Of a stretch of DNA of 64,000 nt, positions 57,801-64,000 are shown piece after piece (position 1 is the first letter of the stretch; every line of letters begins with the position of its first letter). Below the pieces are notes generated by a model. That model had not been told where the DNA came from. It did no database searches and was given only the letters and a program-made list of their open reading frames with translations. The position numbers and the translations under genes were made by a program. The stretch is from an uncultured Collinsella sp. (lineage in GTDB: Bacteria; Actinomycetota; Coriobacteriia; Coriobacteriales; Coriobacteriaceae), in assembly GCA_965146285.1 (NCBI GenBank), contig CBCTFW010000012.1:72-64071 (forward strand), in the 5' to 3' direction.

Positions 57801-58973
57801 CGACTTATCAATATTCTTCTTGCCGTAGGGTGCCGAGACCACGATGGCGAGGTCATCGCAAAAATCGCGATCGAGGTCGCCGGCCGCTAGCGAAACGACA
57901 GGAGCTGACTGAAGCTGCGTCCAGGAGTCGTTCCCGCCCTTGTTGTGCGTGGTGTAGTCCGCGGCGTTACCGGCATCGATCTTGACGACGCTTTGCTTCC
58001 AGTTGCCGCCCTCCAAGTCATACATGTCGACTACAGCCTTGCGCACGCCGTTCTCGTCGACATAGCAGCCCGCGTAGACAAAAAGCTCGTCGACGCCGTC
58101 GCCATCGACATCGCCCGCCTCGACATCAAAGACGGCGTCGTGCTCTTGCAGGTAACCGGCATCCAGGTACTTAAAACGGCCTTCGTACATCATATTAGTG
58201 TTGACCGTCACCGGCAGGTGTGTGTCGAGAGTGCGCGTACGCCCGTTGCTAAACGAGTAGAGGACCAGCTCAACCTTTCCGGCGTATGACTTGCCGTCAA
58301 TCGTCGTGGAGGAACTGTCGCCGTAGGCACGGAGCTCGGCAACGCGGCTCTTTTTGCCCGTGCTGGCGTCGCTGCAGAACTCAACACTCGTGGCGTGAAT
58401 GCCCGAGAAACCGTTGTTGTCGTTGGCGAGTACTGTTGAGGACTCATTGTTGCTTAGGTACGACCAGGTACCGCCACCGTAGTCGCTATGCTTGTAGAGA
58501 TCGCTGTTCGTATCGAAGTTGTTGACGTTTTGCCAGAACTTTGCGGCGCCCCACACACTTCCATAGCCATCGGTGAGTTTGCTGCTGCCGCCAATGTCAC
58601 CGCGCTCGACGTTCTCGAGCTTGTCGCGCAGAGTGTAGCGATTGCCATGACTACCGTTAGCTGCCATATAGACCTCGCTGCGCGTGGCAAACGTCGTGGG
58701 GGTATCAGTGGAATAGGGGCCAACGGTATCGGCCGGAATGTCCTCGCTCGTGCCCAGACCCAGGGCTTGATAATCCTGCTCGGTCATATCGGTGATTGCG
58801 GGCGCGTCTGCCGCCTGGGCAACCTGGGGCGTGGCCGTGAAGCAGGCGACGCTCGTGGCGATCAACGCAGCAAGCGCCGCCGTCCCAACAAGCGGGATTT
58901 TCGACAGCCTACGGATACGGGGATGTGGAACGTACATGAGGGACCTCGCTTTACTCGAGTGGAGTGGACTCAT
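54849..58973 (-). CDS. Large sortase-anchored surface protein (FG-GAP repeats, FN3, Ig-like domain)
   Basis: Signal peptide ending AQA-A; GDVDGDGVDE and GDLDRDFCDD FG-GAP-like motifs; LQPNTEYRF FN3; DDDGAQYYC Ig; LANTG plus TM and RRK tail; start may be 58937. Confidence 0.88.
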   Translation of the reverse strand: MSPLHSSKARSLMYVPHPRIRRLSKIPLVGTAALAALIATSVACFTATPQVAQAADAPAITDMTEQDYQALGLGTSEDIPADTVGPYSTDTPTTFATRSEVYMAANGSHGNRYTLRDKLENVERGDIGGSSKLTDGYGSVWGAAKFWQNVNNFDTNSDLYKHSDYGGGTWSYLSNNESSTVLANDNNGFSGIHATSVEFCSDASTGKKSRVAELRAYGDSSSTTIDGKSYAGKVELVLYSFSNGRTRTLDTHLPVTVNTNMMYEGRFKYLDAGYLQEHDAVFDVEAGDVDGDGVDELFVYAGCYVDENGVRKAVVDMYDLEGGNWKQSVVKIDAGNAADYTTHNKGGNDSWTQLQSAPVVSLAAGDLDRDFCDDLAIVVSAPYGKKNIDKSTHCELFSWDASKGALVHVDALGDAGAISLSANGKTMVAANATFGTFAAYDEEGKKTGETVTGLILAGYDWQRSAFDYGASDGSKGLYGALYRYAYFDSESGEFKLSDCKEYRDGLLASYGLMHVPNSAWKDSAQDKRYPCTLAPIALATANLDGLSEQLAVDEVLVGGDAFRDFACNTAQSGAQGLGSMVGTMSMSGQQYNSSNKHDHKGIEQVWISDVKAGSVSGSDRYNESFIAVVGKHRDEDLRKNDDYYWMTASHFSLDENGKVRRGEEQVISESNRRGTTYGTFISLALPDVDNDSVKITYKDRYKVYTNPRVLAVLQDAPYVEDLEQAYGYLVLGGTSYGEEKGTGTSQGYTIGAELGVAVEVQTGPPLVAMNASVDFAAEGCYDYRSERTVSASVSYESHAGEGDKAVLYTIPMVYYEYEIENEETGGKGVMAAPVSLGAQTSVVNVEAYDRIAKQHNMTPLSYFLTNRSGEPGTYQTTLNGETPVGDSFGLGKPGVTRAYTHDGFNGAAAQSGASIEQTIEVEEGKEQELELGLTLNGSVVMGAKLAKHELFGGLCFGANAGFTTGNSSSESTEYGGTVDNLPEAAQGKYGFVWRLGVNAVDVDKFEADSGDKLGTKDTDQFWIVGYDVKDVEMPDAPAVTGFTANAVDSTSVTFSWDDVLANKSGFSYGVGMLQSNAADAVVNSWKIADNTQTSLKWDGLQPNTEYRFAIAAVKNGSTTETGIRSAIITVKTMPDGMTMTVSGPAADAAEGSDLGYDSSVERTAGSHLTLSAIGHVKQLGADDSETGLAPTYMWYRKGRGETEFKLVGADGNLAAGTASKLEIDLTADDDGAQYYCHVGYNDVGLDTGTTLVNIEAEETAPTTVNATPIRTRRLFSQASAGAKKFLDHTLVNTAGPTDSEGSKDPETPETPTNPDKPKSDNGAKTDTKVKTTTTAKNLANTGDQTFALVATAAAAGATLVVIALIMLIKRRKTH

Positions 58974-59060
58974 TTTTGCAAATGATACGTCCGATGCCCG
59001 ATATCACGTGTCTCATTTTCGCCAACGGCGTGTCTCATTTTTGAGAATCCGAGATGCCGC

Positions 59061-59452
59061 GGAAATCTTATCCCAGCTCAAAAGCCATTTCTGGGATGTA
59101 TTTTCCGTCGAGTACCTCATCGGGAAACTGCATCCCATTTCAAGCGTCGATTCTGGGACGCACTTTCCCCTTAGACCCTCAACCGGAAACCGCATCCCAC
59201 TTTGAGCGCAAATTCCGGGATGCATTTTCCGCTTGAGCCTCATTGGGAAACGGCGTCCCACTTTGAGGGCTGATTTCCCGTTGGAGCGCCTTTGGGAAAG
59301 TGTGTCCCACTTCGACCGCCCAGAGTGGGATGCACTTTCCGCAAAGCACCTCAACAGGAAACTACGTCCCATTCCAAAGGCAAATTCCGGGACGCATTTT
59401 TCGAAAGCCTGCCCATCCGGAAAGCCCGTCCCACTTTGGACGCATCCGGGCA
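59061..59452. repeat. Array of seven ~61-62-bp hairpin units (4th internally deleted, 7th degenerate)
   Basis: Units start at 59061, 59123, 59185, 59246, 59295, 59357 and 59419. Confidence 0.85.
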
Positions 59453-59492
59453 CGGAACCATCGACCTATCAGGCCTCCCATCAATAAAGAGG

Positions 59493-59621
59493 CGTCCTCC
59501 CGGACGGCGGGGCACGAAGTTCATCGCGAGTTCCGCACGCAAAGAAGGCCACTTAATGTGGCCTTCGTCTTGCGCAGGACTGTAGAGCAGGGAACTTCGT
59601 GCCCCGACGCCCGGGAGGACG
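59493..59621 (-). ncRNA. ~130-nt structured hairpin element, copy 2 (inverted relative to copy 1)
   Basis: 30-bp outer stem, same internal-loop sequences, GAAGGCCAC-ATTAA-GTGGCCTTC inner hairpin on the minus strand. Confidence 0.5.
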
Positions 59622-59663
59622 TTTCATTTAGAAAGATGGACCGACCGCCGTCAGCGATGGGAG

Positions 59664-60215
59664 CTACTCCCCCAGCACGGCCTTTTTGGCGGCTGCAGCC
59701 ATGTTGTCCAGATCTTCCTTGGTGGGGTGATCCTTTGCGGCGACCCAGTTATCGAGCAGCATCTTAAAGCGGACATTGTCGGGATCTTGCTCGAGCATGG
59801 CCTCGTAGCGCTGCTTGACCGCGGGACCCATCTTGCCCTGGCACATTGCCCAACCCACAAGCTCGGCATCCTCGGCCAAATTGGAGGTCACGCGATTGAT
59901 AATCTGCTGATAATAGCTCTGGTCGGCGCCAAAACCGCAGGTACCAAAGAGGAAAACGCGCTTGCCGTGCAGAGCGGAGAGCAGCGCGGCAACCGAAGGC
60001 GTGCACGCGCCCTTGTCGCACCAAAAACCGACGAGCACCGTGTCGGCCGCGCAGGCGCCCTGCGCCTCGAGCGCAACCTGATCTGCATCCGCATCGTCGC
60101 TCAACGCCGCGGCATGGACAAACTCAACGCCCGCAGCCTGCAGAGCGCGCTTGATCGCGCCCGAAACCATCCTGGTATTACCGCTCTTGCTGTTAACCAC
60201 CAAAGAGCACGTCAT
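59664..60215 (-). CDS. Flavodoxin family protein (Flavodoxin_5, BilS-like)
   Basis: SKSGNT, GFWCDKG, FLFGTCGFG, MCQGKM, C-terminal HP..EDL. Confidence 0.85.
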   Translation of the reverse strand: MTCSLVVNSKSGNTRMVSGAIKRALQAAGVEFVHAAALSDDADADQVALEAQGACAADTVLVGFWCDKGACTPSVAALLSALHGKRVFLFGTCGFGADQSYYQQIINRVTSNLAEDAELVGWAMCQGKMGPAVKQRYEAMLEQDPDNVRFKMLLDNWVAAKDHPTKEDLDNMAAAAKKAVLGE

Positions 60216-60387
60216 AGTCACGTTGCCTCGTTTCCCCCAAAACTAAAGCCACTAATGCAATTTATTAGATGAATATCTTAGTACTAACGTGACAGATGTA
60301 AACCACCGTCTGTCGATTGGCGACGCAGACGACATCTTTGGACAGATTTCGAACAGTATGTACTTCGGATTGAAACCGCCGCAGAGC

Positions 60388-60510
60388 GTTTCACAAATGT
60401 CCGAAAAACTGTTTCACAAAACGCCGTCAAATTGTTTCATATGATACCGTCAATTTGTTTCACGAAATACCGTCAAATTGTGTCATGGTTTTTCGTCAAA
60501 ATGTTTTACG
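60388..60510. repeat. Six 23-bp tandem direct repeats upstream of the AAA ATPase
   Basis: GTTTCA(C/T)-type cores at 60388, 60411, 60434, 60457, 60480 and 60503; consensus about GTTTCACnnnATACCGTCAAATT. Confidence 0.85.
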
Positions 60511-60547
60511 CGCTGGTAAGATGCTATAAAACAAAATGTTTCTTTGA

Positions 60548-61828
60548 ATGGCGGGGAGTACGATGGCTAGGTATATGAGTAGATGTATCGATCGCTCAAT
60601 CGAACGCGATCTTGGCATTTTTGGTGCCGTGCTCATTCAGGGACCGAAGTGGTGCGGAAAGACGACTACGGCCCAGCGATTCGCTGAATCATCGCTGTCT
60701 CTCTCCGACCCTGCCGGAGACTTTGCCGCACTGCAGCTTGCCAGGATCGACCCAGCTCAAGCAATAGTCGGCGCAACGCCGAGACTCATCGATGAGTGGC
60801 AGGAAGAGCCAAAACTGTGGGACGCAATACGTTTCGAATGCGATCGTCGAACCGGTGAGCCAGGGCAGTTTTTGCTTACGGGGTCAGCAACACCAAACGA
60901 TGCCGACCAACCGATGCACAGCGGCATCGGGCGCATATCACGCTTGCGCATGGAAACAATGACTCTGGCCGAACTCGAGGTTTCCTCAGGGGCGGTCTCG
61001 CTCGAATCGCTGCTTAACGGATGCCCCATCAAGGCGGCACTTGGATCCATCAACGGCATCGCCGATATCGCCGAATTGCTATGTCGCGGTGGTTGGCCTC
61101 AGGCGGTTGGCAAGACGACTGCCGATGCAATGCGTATATCCGCTGCCTACATCGACGGTGTCTGCGAATCGGATGTTTCGAGGGTCGACGGCGTGAAGCG
61201 TGACCCGGAGAAAGTCAGGGCTCTTCTGTCTTCGCTTGCGCGCAACGAATCCACTCTTGCCGGCGAAAAGTCTCTTGAGAAAGACCTCGGCGGTGATGTA
61301 TCGAGAAGCACGCTGCGGCGCTATACGGATGCCTTGCGCAGAATACACATCATCGATGATATCCCGGCTTGGCATCCGACGCTCAGGTCGCCGGTAAAGC
61401 TGCGACAAAGCGCAAAAAGGCACCTTGCCGACCCTTCGCTTGCCGTCGCACTGCTCGGAGCAAATCCGGAGTCGTTGGCATCCGACCCGAAGACGCTGGG
61501 ACTGCTCTTCGAATCCCTCGTCCTGCACGACCTTAAGGTCTATGCAGCCGCAAACGACTCGTCGGTGTCCCACTACCACGACGCCGACGATCTCGAAGTC
61601 GACGCCGTTATACACAGGCGCGATGGAACTTTGATTGCCGTGGAAGTAAAACTCGGAAGTCCGCAGATCCCCGAGGCATCTGCAAACCTGCTTCGGCTCG
61701 AGCGAAAGCTGGTCGAACGCGGCGAGAGACCCCCTGCGGCCAAGCTCATCGTCATCGGGTTCGGCATGCCGGTCCATACGACGCCCGAGGGCATCATCGT
61801 TGCCCCCGTTGACACACTCGCGCCCTAG
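60548..61828 (+). CDS. AAA_14 ATPase with DUF4143 / PD-(D/E)XK-like C-terminus
   Basis: GPKWCGKT, LIDEWQ, LTGS, GGWP, KRHLADPS, FESL, EVDAV..AVEVKLG; start may be 60563. Confidence 0.9.
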   Translation: MAGSTMARYMSRCIDRSIERDLGIFGAVLIQGPKWCGKTTTAQRFAESSLSLSDPAGDFAALQLARIDPAQAIVGATPRLIDEWQEEPKLWDAIRFECDRRTGEPGQFLLTGSATPNDADQPMHSGIGRISRLRMETMTLAELEVSSGAVSLESLLNGCPIKAALGSINGIADIAELLCRGGWPQAVGKTTADAMRISAAYIDGVCESDVSRVDGVKRDPEKVRALLSSLARNESTLAGEKSLEKDLGGDVSRSTLRRYTDALRRIHIIDDIPAWHPTLRSPVKLRQSAKRHLADPSLAVALLGANPESLASDPKTLGLLFESLVLHDLKVYAAANDSSVSHYHDADDLEVDAVIHRRDGTLIAVEVKLGSPQIPEASANLLRLERKLVERGERPPAAKLIVIGFGMPVHTTPEGIIVAPVDTLAP

Positions 61829-61856
61829 CGCTGCATTACATGCCCCACGGGCTTGC

Positions 61857-63716
61857 TCACTGGGCGAATTGGCTGCGGTAGAGTTCGGCGTAGAAGCCGC
61901 CTGCCGCTAGCAGCTCGTCGTGCGTGCCGCGCTCGATAATCCGGCCGTCGCGCATCACCAGAATGCAGTCGGCGTTGCGGATGGTGCTCAGGCGGTGCGC
62001 CACGACAAAGCTTGTGCGACCGGCCATGAGCTCATCGAATGCCGCCTGCACCTGCAGCTCGGTACGTGTATCGATGCTCGACGTTGCCTCGTCCAGCAGC
62101 AAAATCGCCGGGTCAGTGAGCATGACGCGCGCGATGCACAGCAGCTGTTTTTGACCCTGGCTAAACGTGCCGCCGTCCTCGCCGATGACCGTATCGTAGC
62201 CGCCTGGCAGCTGCACGATAAACTTGTGCGCATGCGCGCGCTTGGCAGCTTCGATAACCTGCTCGCGCGTGGCGTCGGGACAGCCGTAGGCGATGTTTTC
62301 CGCCACCGTGCCCTCGAACAGCCACGTATCCTGCAGCACCATGCCAAAGGCGCGGCGCAGGCTTGCGCGCGTGTAATCACGCGAGGAACGGCCATCGACC
62401 GCAATGCGACCGGCATCGATATCGTAAAAACGCAGCAGCAAATTGATGAGCGTTGTCTTGCCACAGCCCGTAGGACCGACCAGGGCAAAGCGCATGCCGG
62501 GCTTAGCCTCGATGCAGATGTCCTGAAGCAGCTTGCGGTCGGGCACGTAGCTAAAGTCCACATGCTCAAGGGCGACCTCGCCCTGCGGTGCGGCAAGTTC
62601 CACGGCATCTGGCGCGTCGGGCTCCTGCTCGCGCGCATCGAGCAGCGCAAACATGCGGCGCGCCGAGACGTACGCGGTCTGGATCTGCGTAATGACGTTG
62701 GTGACCTCGTTGAACGGCTTGGTGTACTGGTTGGCATAGGACAGGAAGATCTGCACGCCGCCCACCGTAAGCGCCGCGGGCACGCCCGTGATCACGCCCA
62801 CGCAGCCGATCACAGCGACAACGGCATAGATGATGTTATTGATAAAACGCGTACCGGGGTTGGAGAGCGAACCCATAAACTGCGCGCGCTCACCTGCCGT
62901 ATAGAGTTCGGCGTTGAGCGCGTCGAAGCGCGCTTGGGCGTTCGGACCGTAGGCAAACGCATCAACCAGCTTTTGCTCGCCCACATACTCCTCGATATGG
63001 CCACCGAGCTGGCCTTGAATGCGCTGCTGTGCCGTAAAGCTCTTGTTGGAGAGCTTGGCGATGGCGCCGGCTGCAAAAATGGAAAGCGGCGTGACGAGCA
63101 CCACCACGAGCGTCATGGTCAGGTTGATGGAGAGCATAAACGCGAGCGTGCCCACAATGGTGATAACGCCGGTAAAGAGTTGCGTGAAGCCCTGCAGCAG
63201 ACCGTCGCCCACCTGGTCGACGTCGTTGACCACGCGGCTCATAAGGTCGCCGTGGGCATGGCTGTCGATAAAGCTGAGCGGCATGCGGCTGAGCTTATCG
63301 CTCGCCTCCACGCGCATGTCGCGCACCGTTTCGTAGGACAGGCGGTTGACGCAATAGCCCTGCAGCCACTGGAAGGCCGCAGCACCTACGACGACAATCG
63401 CGAGCTTGGTAACGAGCGGCAGCAGCGCATCGAAGTCCACCTGCCCGGCGGCGACGATAAGGTCGATGCCCTCGCCAATGAGAATGGGCGTGTAGAGTTG
63501 TAAGATCACCGAAACGGCGGCACTCACAAACGACGCCGTAAACGAAAAACGGTGCGGACGAACGTAGCCCAGCAAGCGGCGGGTCACCGCACCCACGGGA
63601 TAGCGCTCGGGATCGCCGGGCTGGCGCGGACCGTCGCCCAGGTCGTTGAGGTTATCGTTACCGGACACGTTGGCCGTCATCGTGGCGACCGAACCGGAGG
63701 AAGTGTACGGATTCAT
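61857..63716 (-). CDS. ABC exporter ATP-binding/permease
   Basis: TMD plus GPTGCGKT, FSQGQKQ, LDEATSS, AHRLST. Confidence 0.95.
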   Translation of the reverse strand: MNPYTSSGSVATMTANVSGNDNLNDLGDGPRQPGDPERYPVGAVTRRLLGYVRPHRFSFTASFVSAAVSVILQLYTPILIGEGIDLIVAAGQVDFDALLPLVTKLAIVVVGAAAFQWLQGYCVNRLSYETVRDMRVEASDKLSRMPLSFIDSHAHGDLMSRVVNDVDQVGDGLLQGFTQLFTGVITIVGTLAFMLSINLTMTLVVVLVTPLSIFAAGAIAKLSNKSFTAQQRIQGQLGGHIEEYVGEQKLVDAFAYGPNAQARFDALNAELYTAGERAQFMGSLSNPGTRFINNIIYAVVAVIGCVGVITGVPAALTVGGVQIFLSYANQYTKPFNEVTNVITQIQTAYVSARRMFALLDAREQEPDAPDAVELAAPQGEVALEHVDFSYVPDRKLLQDICIEAKPGMRFALVGPTGCGKTTLINLLLRFYDIDAGRIAVDGRSSRDYTRASLRRAFGMVLQDTWLFEGTVAENIAYGCPDATREQVIEAAKRAHAHKFIVQLPGGYDTVIGEDGGTFSQGQKQLLCIARVMLTDPAILLLDEATSSIDTRTELQVQAAFDELMAGRTSFVVAHRLSTIRNADCILVMRDGRIIERGTHDELLAAGGFYAELYRSQFAQ

Positions 63717-64000
63717 TTAGCATCCCTCCTTTGCGCAGACGGATGCGGGGGCGGTCGGAGCGGACGCGGGGCTTAGGGTGGACGCGGGCGCCGGAGTGGG
63801 CGCGGGCGCTGTGCTCCCCCGCTGGCCCTCAAGCTCCTCGCGGCGCAGCTGCGACTGGCAAATCTCGCGATAGAGCCGACAGGTCGCATAGAGCTCGTCA
63901 TGTGTGCCCAGGCCGGCAACCGAGCCGTGGTCGAGCACGCAGATCACGTCGGCATCGCGCACGGTCGAGACGCGCTGGCTCACAATCACCGTGGTCAGCG
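63717..64000 (-). CDS. C-terminal part of the partner ABC exporter subunit (cut by the window edge)
   Basis: IVSQRVSTVRDADVICVLDHG..GTHDEL..YREI. Confidence 0.85.
   Translation of the reverse strand, partial: LTTVIVSQRVSTVRDADVICVLDHGSVAGLGTHDELYATCRLYREICQSQLRREELEGQRGSTAPAPTPAPASTLSPASAPTAPASVCAKEGC

Noticed and set aside
59061..59452. Possible CRISPR array (also 54531-54760 and 32684-32853)
   Set aside because: Repeats alternate in orientation and are degenerate, variable parts are only 15-16 nt, and no cas genes are in the window
59013..59767. Short ORFs across the hairpin arrays (also 54384-54932 and 32498-32985)
   Set aside because: Translations simply mirror the DNA repeat in several frames on both strands; no RBS or codon bias
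60388..60510. Possible mini-CRISPR or plasmid origin iterons
   Set aside because: Units are contiguous 23-mers without unique spacers and there is no rep gene; kept as a regulatory-type tandem repeat

Overview
High-GC chromosomal window from an anaerobic gut actinobacterium. Gene content and codon style point to Coriobacteriia, probably Collinsella; this is inference and was not checked by search. It holds about 49 genes. Housekeeping and transport genes include prfA, an amino-acid ABC operon, pdxK, tex, transaldolase, rlmKL, kup with kdpDE, an LTA synthase and ABC exporter pairs. The main accessory feature (about 14.4-24.5 kb) is an apparently complete gallotannin/gallate degradation locus. 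It encodes a subtype-B tannase, a DASS/SLC13 transporter, an LpdC/AroY-type UbiD decarboxylase, UbiX, RpiR and MerR regulators, a collapsed PTS remnant, and an unusual fusion of an LpdD-type prFMN accessory domain to an IDI-1-like Nudix domain whose catalytic Cys position is Ala, a candidate prenyl-phosphate supplier for prFMN synthesis. Next to it lies an orphan operon of an amidohydrolase, two ceramidase-like proteins and a PTS EIIBC. Non-coding structure is rich: a 29-bp REP-like palindrome that brackets accessory modules, three arrays of 61-62-bp hairpin units, two ~130-nt covarying hairpin elements, and phased direct repeats upstream of both AAA_14-DUF4143 genes. A 1.37-kaa sortase-anchored surface protein carries possible pore-former-like beta-hairpins. 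No rRNA, tRNA, CRISPR-cas or transposase was recognised.
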